A DNA stretch of 64,000 nucleotides. Source: Azolla caroliniana (lineage: Eukaryota > Plantae > Polypodiophyta). Below are positions 24,790 to 39,300 of the stretch, in pieces. Positions within the stretch are counted from its first letter, which is position 1; every line of letters begins with the position of its first letter. The notes beneath the pieces were generated by a model, which saw only the letters and a program-made list of their open reading frames with translations, ran no database searches and was not told the DNA's origin. The stretch is from NCBI GenBank assembly GCA_043228905.1, contig JBHGNT010000003.1, forward strand, positions 6,758,001 to 6,822,000, read 5' to 3'. The translations under genes were made by a program, and so were the position numbers.

Positions 24790-26150
24790 GAATGTCCAAC
24801 GTACGAAGCCAAATGTTTTGGAGCCTAAGGTTGGTCTACTAGAAAAAATTGATGGGGCGAGGATGCGCTATCATTGGTTTATCAATTAGATCAAACTTAT
24901 CATCCAACTTAGCCCAATGTTAATATGATGATTTTCGTCGAGTCAATCTCGTAGGCTCTCTTCCCTTAGGTCTGACACAATCCTCGTTCTGCATCTCTGG
25001 TTGAAACATCATCACCTCCTATACACAACATTTCATATGCTTTCCTTGTAGAGTTTGAATTCAAATTCAGGGATACAAATCATCATCCAATGACCCTTAC
25101 AAGGCTCTGAATTCATTAATCAAGATATGTGTGTGGTCTCTATTTATATTGCGTGTAAATTTTGATAACTGGCATGTGATCTTCAATGGAACAGTCAAGC
25201 CAAGTGTGACTTCTTGTGGATGTTGAACGGAAATCAAGAATCTTTTGTTAAACAATCAGAACCTACATCATTGTCACAAGAAAATTCGCAAGCAAATTTT
25301 TATGACAATCAACTCTTTGAACTTCACAAAGCAAAGCGAGTGATGCAGGGGTCTCAATCTTTGCAATGATATGCAACATTGATATTAGCCCCACATGTCT
25401 TGTTGAGCTCACCGTGTTCTGAGGTAGCCAATACTTGTGTCCCAATAGAGATAAACTTAGCTCGATTCAAACCTCTTATCGATGCACAACATCGATATCA
25501 ATGAGAAAATGATATTTGCCTCTATTGTGGTGACTCTAACCATCTTATTCGCCAATGCCCAATGAAGGGTTCACGACATAAAATCTACCAACCAAACACA
25601 AGTCAAAACTCCGACCAATACGAAAATGATAATGCTACCTACAATATGACCATGCAACCGGACGACACTTGGTATCCACCTTTATTATGCTCCTACCATT
25701 CATCTACATCCCTTAGAGGCTCTTTATTCAAGCCAAGTCTTTGTTTTGGATATTCCTTGATAAATTCATTATCTTTACTAGATTTTGGAGCGACAACTTG
25801 TTTCGTCTACATTGCATTCACCCGAAAACATAAAATATTCGTTGTTTGACTATTGAAACCAATATTGGTCAAAACCATTGATGGGCAAATGATTTCGTCG
25901 ATTGCAGTTATGAAAGAAAATACCCTTTTAGTCTTTAAAATAGGTTCCCACCAAGAATAACTCATTGCCTCACCCTAACAGTTGATTATCCTCGGGCTCT
26001 CATGATTGGAGAGGCATAATCCATTAGTGGATTGGTCTAGCTACTCCATGACCTTTAGGATGAAGACATGTCCACAAAGTCAAGAAAAGCTAAAATTGAA
26101 CCTTTGCACTTTGACCCCAAGGAAAAAAGTCTTAACTCGAACACTTTAAC
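24790..26150 (+). mobile_element. Decayed Ty3/Gypsy gag-protease fragment
   Basis: Zinc knuckle CLYCGDSNHLIRQCP at about 25517-25561; protease-like LLDFGATTCFV; many stop codons. Confidence 0.75.
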
Positions 26151-26394
26151 CTCCCCGAGTCGGCTTAGCCGACTTAGTTATTGGTCGATTTTCAGCCGTG
26201 GCCGAGTTTGCCATTGACTAATTCGGCTTATCTCTCCCTAGTCAGTGCTTAGTTGGCTCCTAACGATCCGACTCCTTGCGCAATATACGAATTCCGATTC
26301 GGACAAGCCGGCTACCATTTGGCTCTTCAGTCGATCAGCTTCAAGCCGATCTAACTGGCTCTCCATCCCATTTGTAGGGACTAGAGTCTCAACA
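26150..26394 (-). mobile_element. LTR end, related to 49903-50208
   Basis: Shares the ..ctccatcccatt...agggact.ga.tctcaaca terminus and CCGA-rich repeats. Confidence 0.7.
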
Positions 26395-27400
26395 AAGAAC
26401 GCTCTATAGAGATCTTTGGTTGCGTCTGTTGCCGCATGTTGCCGCATGGACTTTCCATCCATAGTTTTTCTTGATAGGCCACTTCCTACGATTGTATAAG
26501 TTAGACGAAATGATATTAATTTCGGAACCGCGAATGATCAATGCAATACATGCTTCCATCACTTCCCCGACCTTGACTAAGGCCTTTGTCATTGCTTGGG
26601 CCCAGTGAGCATGGGTGTAGTGACTACAGTTTTGTCTTGATTAATATCTTTATTTGCACCCCTTACTCTAGCTAATAATATAATTTCCTCATTCACATCT
26701 TCTAGGATTTTAACTGTAACATTTTCTTCTCCATCCACCACTCACCTCTTTCTTTGGATCATGACAATTATAACATCATTAAATTCTTTATTCCAATTCC
26801 TACCAGTTCCTTAAGAGTAAGTTCTAGCTCACTATCAAGGATTCTATGTGGGATGACAATCTCTATGCTTGAGAGTAGCTCGAATGTCGGGGTTGATTTT
26901 GGCTTTGCTTGTTTGCGTTTTTCTTTCTCTATTTCTTTTTTTATCTAGGTTTTGGTGTTCGAGAACGATTTGCTTCATTTGCACTTTTGCTCTTCTCTTC
27001 TACTTGAACTTCATGGGTGTTCATTACAACAACTTTTTAAAACATGGTTAATGTGTCTACTAGGTCATTCCTATCATTCTAATTGTTGACCTCCCTTAAG
27101 TTCTTTGGTTAGACCTTTTCCAATACTTGCATTGTCAATCACCTTATTCCAGGAAACAATGCTAATATGAGGATGTTGTTGAGTAGTAAATTGTTTGTAT
27201 CCTATTGGCTTCCATGTCTTCCATTAACTTTTTCATTCTACCTTTTGCAAAGTTGAATTGGAGAGGTTGTCGAGTTTTGGATAGATAAATCTTCCCATCT
27301 TGATAGATGATCATATTTCCATCAAGAGCTTCTTGATGACTCATGTAGTTCCTCTTTGATGTTCAATGTGACCATGGGGGCACTTGAACTAAAGAGGATG
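26395..27400 (-). mobile_element. Decayed Gypsy-type gag/protease remnant
   Basis: Minus-strand ALIIRGSEINIIS (degenerate protease DxG motif context) and fragmented frames. Confidence 0.55.
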
Positions 27401-27688
27401 TAGTTCCTCTTTAATAATGAAAGTGGTTTAATTGAAGATTAGGAAGAAGTTCAAAGCATATCTAACTAAGATTATCCAAAGTCAATTGCAAATCAATATT
27501 TATTAGTGTATGTGTTGCTTCCCTGTACCTAACTAAATGTATTTAAAGATCAATGGAGTTTTGCCTCCCATCGATGTCATTAGCCTTGAGTCTGAACCAG
27601 CCTATACCCTTTTGATGGCAAATCGGGTGAAGGTGGTTGTCATGCACCTTCGAACTACTAACTTGCTAGCACTTGCCTATTAGTACTT

Positions 27689-27748
<60 letters not shown>

Positions 27749-28449
27749 CCCCCCCCCCCCCCCTCCCTTGCTTTACTCTCTCTTACACAAATAAGACATA
27801 TTATCATTAACACCACTTTTTTATACAAAGAGGTTTAGCACCATACACGAGGAGGAGATAAGGGTTCGACTTACTTAGCACTTAATCCTAAGCTCTCTTA
27901 ACTCTAATGAAGGATTAAGGGGATAGAAGAGGAGATCTTAGTGTAATAATAGAATAGACAAAACCCTAAGAATCAAGAAAGTGCTCAAAAGTCACCAAAT
28001 GAATCATGGCTTTTATAGTTTTTTACAAGGCAGGTGTCTCCCTTTCACACTAGGTTTCCCATTGGCCTACATTGTTTCCTCTTTGGTCTCTTTTATCACC
28101 CTTTTTCCTAAGGTTGGTTGAGCTCGAAATCTCTTGCTGGCGCCACAATCTCCAACAACTAGTGTGCCGAGTGTCAGATACTTAACAATGTCATTACATA
28201 AAAATACCAAAACTCGAGGGAGAAAATGTGGCACACACCTCCTCGTTGATGCCAAAGAAAAGAAAAGAGGGTGAATGCAAGCATAATGGCCATAGTCAAT
28301 AGAAAAAAATAAATCTAAACAAAAGAGGAAAAAAATGTAATATATTAACAAGAAAAACAATACCCCGAATATTGTTGTTGAACCAAAATGGTTCATCAAT
28401 AACTAGAGCACTTGCTCATATATCATAGTTGGATAGATGCTTGTTTTCC

Positions 28450-29480
28450 CCTAGCTTGTATCCATGCATGGCTGTCACTTGGTTTTTTGGGATACTTGAA
28501 CTAAAACTACAAGTTCCGTAGCATTAGCAAGATTATATGCAAGCACATGAGTTCAAATAATAGGATGTGTATAACCTAACCAAATAACAACATAATATAA
28601 TTTTTCATGCACAATCTTGGATTTGGAAATGGTTGCCACTTCGTATTCAAGGCCATCAAAAATCTCGACGAGGGGTAGGGGAGGAACAATCAGATATGGA
28701 ATAGAGCAGCTCAAAGCATAAGTTTCCAATATATGATACATGGAATACTGGATGTCACTACATATGAGGGAGATAATGACCAAATGCAACTTCATCGATT
28801 TGGTTAGAAATTATGTATGGACCAAGACGTTGATAATCCTACCTGTTGTAGGGCCTACTAGTTTTTATGTTACTTCATAAGAGCCATAATCAATCCCCAA
28901 CTTGAAACCTATATGTTTTTGGTTACAAAACAAGACAATGATTATCTACAAAAAAACATTTGTGTGTCGTGAACGCCGTATAAGTAGTGAGAAAGAATAG
29001 TGTGAATATGTTGAAGTTTTTGTTTGTATATATACAATTAGGGGTAAAATCCTCAACATCCTATCCTATCAAATGATTAGAAATATTGCTTGCTTGGACC
29101 ATAGAGGTACTAGGCATGCAAAGAGTATACAACTATATCACAAAGGTCGAGAATATGGTTGATCATATATTGCCAAAACACACTTGGAGATAGGATATAA
29201 AGTACAAAAAGCTAACAAGTGAAACATCATCTCATCTAGTTTGGTGCTTGATATTATGTAATGGCTTAAAGGATTTGGAATAAAAAATATATTGGAGGTC
29301 TCATGAGATGATGTTATAAAGTATGTGATAATTGAGGATAGATTACTAGAGGCACTAAGGATGAAGATGCAATATGTTGAAATGTCAAATTTGGACAATT
29401 ACATTGCAAATAATGACCCCCAAGTTGGCCCCAATACACGACAAACTACCAGAATGTATCCAATCACATCTTATTGCCCC
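28450..29480 (-). mobile_element. Decayed chromovirus integrase/chromodomain remnant
   Basis: PPLPLVEIFDGLEYEVATISKSKIVHEKLYYVVIWLGY resembles a chromodomain at the end of an integrase. Confidence 0.7.
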
Positions 29481-30139
29481 CCATGAACCTTTGCTCTAGT
29501 AGGGCCTTTTGTTATGGGCATGACAATATAATATCTTGTGGTAAGTTGTACCGTAGTATTCTTTACACACAAGTTATCCTCGTATGTAGAATACTATGGT
29601 ACAACTTACCACTGGATATTATATGGTCATGCCCGCAACAACCTTAGCCCTTCTTCAAACTCACTCAGTTGTTGAGGTAGCAACAAGGCATCATCACCTT
29701 AGTATGGATATATGAAAGGTGTGCAAAGAAAACCTAAAGGAAGAGGATTATCACGTAGTTATTGCATGCTCAAGATATAAGCTTATTTGCAAAAAGTATG
29801 ACTACTTGTTCGACATGTGTGATAATTTAAGTGTCATATTGAAATCTCCACCAAGAAGGGTGAGCACATATGTTTGTGCAGTGTCATCTCATAGAGAGAT
29901 TTTACTATAATAGTAACTCCCCATCTTAGGAAAGGAATGATGTAGCATGTTTATTAGGTCCTGTAAGTTAAAACTGACCTCCTTGTGGATGATAAAAAAT
30001 CTATTCGACAAATTGGATTTTTAAGAATGTTCTTCTTAAAATGTTACTTATTTTCAATAACAAAGTCATGTGCAGCATAGAAATTTAAGCCTCTTATTAA
30101 TAACAAATTAAGGTTGCCAACCATTGATAAGGTATCGTC

Positions 30140-30930
30140 GATGTTGTGGCATTTCTCAAAGTTTGTGCTCAAAGGAAGGATCTTTGTGAAGGTTATAGAA
30201 TACATGCATATATTGTGAGAAAAGGGTTGCTTGAAAAAAGCTTGTATCTAGCAACCAATTTGGTCAACATGTATGCTAAATGTGGTGTTCTTTTGAAAAC
30301 ACAAAAAGTGCTCGGAAAGTTGCCAACCCGAAATGTTATATCGCGGAATGCGTCAATTTCAAGTTATGCACAACAAGGCCGAGTTTATGAAGCTTTAAAA
30401 GCTTCAAAACAATGCAAAATGAGGGCATCTCTCCTCATACCATCAACTTTATTTGCATTTTCAAAGCAGGTAACATAGCAAGAGATGTAGAAATGGGCGT
30501 AAAAATTCACGTAAAGATTGTTTCTAAGTGGTTTCCATTAAAAGATATCGCACTTGGAAATGCACTAGTGGATATGTATGCCAAATGTGGTTTGATTATT
30601 AAAACGCAATATGTACTTGAAGAGCTTCCAGTCCGAGATGTAGTTTCTTGGAATATTATTATTGATGGATGTGTGCAAAATGAACAAAATAACAAAGCAT
30701 TGAGAATCTACGAACGAATGTGAGGTGAAGGTCTTACTCTAGATTCATGATGAGGTCATGAAAAGGAAATTGTTGGAGAATAATGTTTTCTTGCCACTAC
30801 TTTGGTTCATATGTATGTTACTTGGTATGCTTGAGAAAACAATAAAAGTACTGGAATACCCTCATCTTCGATATGTGTTTGCTTGATCAGCCTTTATTGT
30901 TGGCTATGCTCAACAAATCGGCTATGATGA
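30140..30930 (+). pseudogene. PLS-class pentatricopeptide repeat (PPR) pseudogene fragment
   Basis: Motifs ATNLVNMYAKCG, LGNALVDMYAKCG..LEELPVRDVVSWNIII and MQNEGISPHTINFICIFKA are split across frames with stops. Confidence 0.88.
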
Positions 30931-31319
30931 GAGTACAAGGGAATCGGTTGGTATATTTGTTTATCCAACACAACTTTTGTATTTCTTATGATTTCATAAT
31001 ACCAAGGTGTATCTTTTTAAGAAGAAAAAAAAAACCATTTATTATATTTTCACTAGAAGAAAAAGAAAACCATCTAGAATTTCCCCCTCATGTTCCGTGA
31101 CATACTAATTGTGACATCGATAGACTTTTCCACATATCGACAACATTTCAAATTATTCTTCTTAATAGAAAATTTGAGAAATTCAAGATTTTTTCATGGA
31201 TCCCAAATTAGGTCCGCAAATGTTGCCAAACTTGATGACCCATAATCAAGACATATGTCATTGCATGCACTAATTCAAAACACGAATTATCTGCACACAC
31301 ACAAATGTACAATCATCCA

Positions 31320-31839
31320 TGTTGCTAATCGTGCATATATGTGATTCAAACCGAAACCGAAATCGTGTAGACAGCCAACTCGGAAGACTATACTTGTAAA
31401 TAGTCAAAATATGCCCTTATGGGCTACACTTGTGAATAACCCAAAAGGTGTACTAGTATAAGTACTTAGGGCAATCATAATATGATGATGTGTTACTGTT
31501 AAAGTCCACTCAGAAGGTTGTTGCCTCTGTAACTGCGTAACAGTGAGTGAGAGCGAGAGAGTGTGTAACTGTGTAGCCGTCTGTTGACGAAGTAGAATCT
31601 TGAGGTCGTTGCCTCAAAGCTTCTAGTTGTACTCCTCCTTTTAGCATAATGATTTTGTTTCTCGAGGTTTGTGGACCCCCGTGGTTTTCCCATTTCGGGT
31701 TTCCACGTTAAGATCGTGTGTCTCTGTCTCTTGTGCTATTTCTGTTTTCGTACTCTGTCTGAGTGCATTCTACTTTACGTTTCCTTGCACTTGAACATTC
31801 GAACGATAAGTCGGTTGTGGCCGGTCACGATTCTCAACA
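31320..31839 (+). mobile_element. LTR (TGTTG...CAACA), no matching TSD
   Basis: Terminal inverted pentamers; shares the GTGGTTT..CCC..GGGTTTCCACGT motif with the LTR at 24060-24740. Confidence 0.7.
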
Positions 31840-32770
31840 AGGTATTGAAACATGAGTAAACATAGGCAACACAAGCACAAACATTGGCACATGCACATGC
31901 ACAAGCACAAACATTGACACGACAATTGACAAGGAAATAGAGACTTGGTACCCTCTAGTCATGGAGTCGAGATGGCACATAGAGGTATCGGAACATGAGT
32001 AAACATGGGCAACACGAGCACAAGCATTGCTATGAGTTTAAGCATTGGCATAGGCACAAGCACAAACATTGATATGACAATTGACAAGGAAATAGAGACA
32101 TGGTACCCTTTAGCGATGGAGTTGAGATGGCATATAGAGGTATCGAAACAGGAGTAAACATGGGCAAGCTCAGACACAAGCATTGGCACAGGCACAAGCA
32201 CAAACATTGACATGACAATTGACAAGGAAACCGAGACATGGTACCCTTTGGTCATGGAGTTGAGATGGCACATAGAGACATGGTACCCTCTAGCCATGGC
32301 GTTGAGATGGCACATAGAGGTATCGAAACATGGGCAACACAAGCACAAGCACGAACATTGACATGACAATCGACAAGGAAACCGAGACATGGTACCCGCT
32401 GGTCACGGAGTTGAGATGGCACATAGAGACATGGTACCCTCTAGCCATGGAGTTGAGATGGCACATAGAGGTATCGAAACATGGGCAACACAGGCACAAG
32501 CCTAAGCATTGGCACATGCACATGCACAAACATTGACATGACAATCGACAAGGAAACCGAGACATGGTACCCTCTGGTCATGGAGTTGAGATGGCACATG
32601 GAGGTATCAAAACATGAGTAAACATGGGCAAATTGAGACACAAGCATTGGCACAGGCACAAGCACAAGCACAAACATGGACATGACAATCGACAAGGAAA
32701 CAGAGACATGGGTACCCTTTGGTCACGGAGTCGAGATGGCACATAGAGGAATCAAAACATGAGTAAAAGA
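31840..32770. repeat. Composite minisatellite
   Basis: Variable-length units built from a 39-bp module (gagacatggtaccctctagccatggagttgagatggcacata) and GCACA(A/G/T) hexamer runs. Confidence 0.95.
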
Positions 32771-33183
32771 CACCCATATGAGGCACACACCCCCCTCCTT
32801 CCTCTTGGGAGTAAGGATTTTTCATTCATTTTTGTCCATGTTCTGCTAATAGTAGAAGAATTGTCTCTATATTTCTCAGTTCCCCTAAAGTAAGTAAGAG
32901 AAGGTCTTTGACAATATGCCTCTTTTCTTGTTCCTCTCATGGGTCTTCTTTCCTTTCTATGTTTTTTTTTCACCATCATGACCCTATGAGGGTCTCTGTC
33001 TCTGTCTCTGTCTCTTAAATACCCTGCAAAGCTTGCCATAGCCGTAGCCATTGATGCATGTCTGCTTGCTCCTGGTAAGAAGAATCCATCTCCTCGCTTT
33101 CTTACTTATTCTCTGCATTATACAAGAGTTTATTTTGCCGTTTTTCTTCTGTTTTGATTGGTATTGACATAGTTGCAGGACAG

Positions 33184-33315
33184 ATGCAAGGAAACTGGGG
33201 ATGGGATGCAAGCGAGGAGGTCCATCTCTCGACTACATCCAACAATCACTGGCAAGGTATTTCATCGAATTCATTAATGTATTTTCCATTCGAATGCTTG
33301 CATTCCTTGTGCTTA

Positions 33316-33394
<79 letters not shown>

Positions 33395-36300
33395 ATACAT
33401 ATATTTTATGTTCGTATGTATATATGCATGCATCTATGTATATATGCATATGTATAACTCTAACCTTCTTCCATAGTATGGGAACCCATGCAAACATTTT
33501 AATCCTTTACATTGAGGTGTAGTATTAACCTTGTCTCACGCGATTATAACAGTTGGAATGGTAGAGCTTAATCACATGTGTTATAGATAGCCCTATTGGA
33601 AATTTATTTGACATATTGAAAACAATTTTTCTTTGTTGTCTTCACATATTCCATTTAGAGGCACATGTAGTAGCCTTAATGAAGGCTTTATACGTAATCA
33701 GAGACGTATATTACAAGGCTAAGGTAAAAACCTTCATATTGTGTGATAGTAAAGTGAAAGGATGCTAAACATGTGTTAAAGTATGAACATCAGAAGATTT
33801 CTTAAAAGTGATAGATAATGTACACTCGTGCTCAAAAATGCTGCCCATTCGAGCAATGATCTCATGCCACATCAAAGTCCTAAGATTTGTGAAAGTACGT
33901 ACAACACTTAAATTATGACAGAAATAAGGAGTTAAGATTTAATACATTTATATTCCACAGACAATTTAATGATATAAAATTTTTCCTTCTGCTTTTATAC
34001 TGTTTGCATATGGAACTAAAAACCATTATTGACTTAGTTTCTTCAGTAAAACATTTCTGGAACAGGCTCCTTCCATTTTGAGGGGTTATTCCTTGTGTTC
34101 ATAAAGCCTCAACCTTGTAAAAGAGATAACATGGTTTCAATGTTGGAATATGGTACATTGTGTACATAGGTATTGGAGGTTCTAGTTTGCTCTATTTGAT
34201 GGCATTGCTGTTGCTGTTGACTTCATGACATCTGATCTCGTAAGGTTGAACTAAATATGAAGCTTTCAAGTGAAGGGATCCCTAAAACCCACTTAAGTGT
34301 CTTTAGTGTAAGGAACTTGTTGGTTATACAAACAGCCCGCTTAAGTGACTTTAGTGTCTTTTGTAGAGTCTTGAGCTCTCCGGGTCATGGATTCTATGAT
34401 CGTCTCCGCATTGGAGTTGTGGGTGTTTGTTTCTTTACATTCTGTCATGTTGGGCAGTATAGATGTGAAAATAAAAATTGTTGCTTTTCTATTTCTATTT
34501 TGTTTCTTTTTAATCTTGAACTGCACCCACAGCCTAGTTTCCATCTTGAACTGCACCCTCATAAGAAAAGAAAATCTTCCCCTATGTAGCTACATATTGT
34601 TGGGATTTGATTTATTATCTTCTCTTTGCGAGGATGATAATCAACCTCCACTTTCCCATAGATGTTGATTTTGCTACATAACTGATGAAGAATCCACATG
34701 TAGTTTTCTTTATGTATTTGCATATGTTCCTCTCTAGCAAGTTCTGAACCTTAAAAATTGGCTATAATTTTCTGATTTGTTAAACATTATACACATGAAA
34801 TAAGAAGCCAGACAAAAGTACGATACATCTTATCAAAATCTTTGAGGACTGTCCTTGCAGTATGGATCATTTCAACCTAGATGTTGTTGGTTAAGAACCA
34901 TGGGACTACCTCAATATCTCTATCTATGTTTTTCTCTATGTGCAAATGTACTAGTGCATACAATGTTTGTATTTGCTCTTACACACTTATGAAATCCATT
35001 TTATTGTTTTGGGATAGGAGAATCCTTGTTCGCTTCTGTCTAATAATGTGTGGAATGGTATTCTAAGCAACATTTTTTCAAATTCACTCTTATGTATACA
35101 AACCTAGCTTTTGTACATGCCTTAATAATCTGTTCGGTGCTTTCAAAATACGAGTGCTTTGATAGTTTGCTGAGTTTCATCCACATTACTTCAACAATGC
35201 GCAAATTTGCACTGTTGATTACCATTAGTATCACACTATGTCATCCTAGTGGTAAATGATTGATGTCAATTAGTACTTAAAAACTGAATGCCATTTTGAT
35301 ACTAGAAAAGAGATGCCATGCATGTATGTTTGCATGCTAACATCATCATGTTATGCACAGGTTTTGTAACCCCTTCCTAAGCAAAGAAGAACTATCATAG
35401 CCATACTAGGATTTGATCTTTGTACCACAACTCTTGGGCATACCTAAGTCTACTTGGAAAGAGTTTTAAAATGTCTAAAACATTTTTTACAAAGTTTATT
35501 GAAGTCGAGAAACAAAGGCCGTATACCCTCCTATTTCTTGAGATGGGATCACATCCCTTTGAGATCATGGCCATGGAAAGAGTTGTCAAATATATGCTTA
35601 AGGTTCAAAAAAGACCCTCACATCGACTTCCTAGAATCTCATGTGAAGCAAGCAAAAGGTCCAAAAGACTCATAAAAGTAATTTTTTGTGTTCCGGTTGT
35701 GTGCAAGATATAGAAAAATGGTTTGGACGATGGGATGCAACATGCTTTCTTCATAATGCATTAATAGATTCCTCTATAAATGAGGTGTTTTGCAACACTA
35801 ATGTGTCATGGCATGGGAAAAATGTGGAGGCTCACGCTTCACAAATTATGCGACATATGTTGCACCTAACTTGGCTAATGGGGAATTTGCACACATCAAT
35901 ACATATTAGAGTCCATCAAGTTGTTTGACATCTGAATCATGATTTCATACAACTTAACTCACACTCTCTACGATGTGAGATGGGATGTTGGGGTAGAAGT
36001 GGTGAGATTAGTGGACTAAACAAGTTTGGGAGTCTGAGTATCATAGTTTGATACAATGCTTTGCCTTTGATCATATTCGATTATGTTTCTCACACATTTT
36101 CAACCAAACCCAATCCTTAACACAAATTTCTCCCAAAATCATTGTGTGCATCCTCAATTGCAGCATTCATTAGTAAAGTTCTTGAACATTGAGAGTTGCT
36201 ACTCACTTTCGCATGTATTACGTGAAAATGTTATATTTTTTGGTCTCATAGGTCATATTTCACCTCCAAAGGTGATAATAAAATCTGTGTCTTCGCACTC

Positions 36301-39300
36301 TATATGTCTATATAATTTGTTACATCAAACATGCTTATTTTACTTTAGATCTTCTAATCTCGTTGTTTTTATACTCTTGGTGATTCTTACCTCTTGGCAT
36401 TGCAACACTTTGGGATCACAGGCATGTTTTGATAGAAAGGATATATTAGCAATTGTAGTAAAGACACAAATGGTTAAATCAAACAAGAACCCTTATCTAC
36501 AATAGCTCTACAATGAAATATTTTTGCCATTTTGGTAATTGTACTAATACCTCAACTGGATGCATAGCTAAGAAACTCTAGAAATAGATTTCATTTTCTG
36601 TCTAAATCTAAGTTGAACACTACACTAATTTGGGAAAGGTTTTATTAATGGATTGTAGTTAGTACATATTTTAATAATGCCGTCATTAGATCCTGTCAAT
36701 GTGTTTGGCTTTCCGTTTAAACATCTTTATACTGATCATCCCAGAAGTTCTATCTGTATCTCTTGAGAATCTCAAGTTATTTGTATTGTCTACAATAGTT
36801 ATATGATGTATGCTGGCTAAACATTTAGAATGTCTTTTATTAAGTTCAAAGAAAATGTTAGAGAATCTAGGAAAGTTGTTTGTAGGGATGTTTTGCCTAA
36901 TATAATTGGTACCTCAAATAAATATGGTAATGAGTCTTTTCTACATTTTCCATCAAACATGGTGAGGACAACTTTGCTAGTGCAAGCGATTTTTATTAAT
37001 TGGGCCTGTCATGTGTTGCGGTTTTTTGGATGAGTGCTTTCCACCCTAGAAACTATAACCTAGAAGGTAGAATTCAAAAGCTTCATATTAAACTCCTGTT
37101 TTATAGAGAGTTCATTTGGATTGTCCATATGCTGATTGTATCTTTAGCCATAGTTCTCCAGCTTAGAACTGGCTAATATTGATACTTGCCTTCATGGGGA
37201 AACTACTCCAAAAAATCTTAATGTAGCACATTTAGGACTTTTAGGAAATTTGCCTATAGACCTAATTACTATCTGTCCTTTGCATATAAGGATAACTTGA
37301 GCTTGATTTGATCCATCTTAAAAGCTCTTGAAGTTTTAGAGATTCTTCCTTCTCATCTTAAAAAGATTTGGTTTCATATGTCCATAGCTTTAGCTAAAAA
37401 GTATTTGTGAAAAAGTAAAATTAGAGATTCATAATAAACCTTGTTGATGTGGCACATGTTATAACAGTTCACTATTTTATTTTTCTTTGATTATATCTCT
37501 AATCTGTTGTAAAGATACTAAGTTTAGATTATATTCCTCTTAAGGATGCATGCATTTATAGTACTATTGAGCAAAATATCTAGTTTTGGCCCACACATGT
37601 AATGGAGCTATCTATAGGAGTTCAAAAGGCATGCTTAATACTTACCTATTTAGAAAAGGCTTGATTTTGAAAGTAAATTTATTGAAGATACCTTGTTTAA
37701 AACAAACCTTTAGTGAACTTTAAGCTTAAGTAGCAATCCCTCCCACATAGTTAAGCTGAAGTAATTTCTTCTCATGATTATTTCACAAGTCTTATAATTT
37801 TAGATCGAATCCTATGTTTACCTTATCTTTATGCAACTTGAAAGTTTCACAAGAAACTTAGAAAACTGAGGTTCATTGCTAGCTTCTTGAAATATTTCGT
37901 TCACAAAAGTTGAGTCTTAGTGGATTTTAAAGCTTTATTAGCTGGAGTTAACGAGCTTCAATGCAACTAATGAAAAGAAGTCAAGTTTCTTATGAAAGTA
38001 GTTGTATCTTAGATTAACTTTGAATGAGTTCTCAAAATTATAAGAATCTTTTGTTTCTTGTACTCCGGAAGACCTTTTTGTGTTCCTATGCTGTTGGCGT
38101 TACTACTATCTTCTAAGAATAAAGCTCTTATTTTTTATTGGTTATTCATATCACCTTATTCATTTACTTTTGTCAAGCAGTTTATTCTTTTGATTCACTA
38201 TGAAGAATGTTTCTTATATCATGAGTGGTGTTTTATGAGACTTCAGCTAATGGATAACACAAAATTATTGGAAATATGTTTTGAACATAAAAGTAGGGGT
38301 CTTTTGGTTGATCTTGTATATTTTTTAACAATGTATTCACCATGTAAATGCTTGTACACGTGTGTATAGTTTTTAGCAGAACTTCATCTAATATAGTGCT
38401 AGACTTGTTTATGGCTGAGGCTACCCCACTCTTGAGAGAAGTAATAGAAACTTAGTATGGTGTAGATTCTCTTTGCCTACATGATAAGGAGCAAAGCATC
38501 GGTGTCCATGATATAATCCGGGCAGAGATGGGAACAACTCCTATAATCACCGAGGCATTGTTCCGATCAGTGACATGTATCCAACATCTTTGGGAGCTCC
38601 CTAAACGAAGGTATCCAAGTGAAGATGAGAGATAGAGAAAAGATAGAGAGGAGAAACAAAAGAGAAAGGAATGTTATATTATAACATTAGGAGAACAATA
38701 CCAACTTCTTAGATTCCAACTAAAAACTCAACTCTACATAGAACTTTTTTCTTTCTATGACTCTAAACGAAAAATAGACTTCCCTTCTTCCCTCCTACCA
38801 AGACTTTTCTCACTTCTTATGGACCTTCTATCCTCCCTATTGCTAAGAATACCCTCCTATTTATAGGTTTTTAGTTGCATTATTCTTGCTTTTTTCTTTT
38901 CTTTTTCTTTTTAAATATCCTTGAGTTTATGTGAGGCGTTTTTTATATCAGTATTTCTTCTCTGTTATCCCAAATTTGTCATAAAAGACGTTTTTGGAGA
39001 GCTCTTGTTATCAGCTTTTTTATGCATCTTTTCTTTTGAAATTTGGGTATCCGATATAGAATTTATGAGCTTTTTTCTCTACCTAAATCTTCATATCCAC
39101 ACTTTGCTTTTTCTACCTTTTTCCTGTTTTTTTTCTTTTTTTTTCTTTTCTGCTTTTTTCTACTTTTGAAAAACGCCTCTAACTTTATATCCCTTCAAGT
39201 TTCTTCGTCCATTAATACTTGATCCTTTTATATTTCTCTTTATTATTAGACATCTTAGCATCCTGCATATTTGCAATAGTCTTTTCTTACGAACAAAGAT

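Noticed and set aside
31840-32770. CRISPR-like array or Cys-rich protein
   Set aside because: There are no unique spacers and no cas genes, the context is eukaryotic, and the ORFs are repeat translations.
37738-37790. USE-like TCCCACAT (also on the minus strand near 26846-26854)
   Set aside because: No TATA box at the expected spacing and no recognisable RNA downstream.
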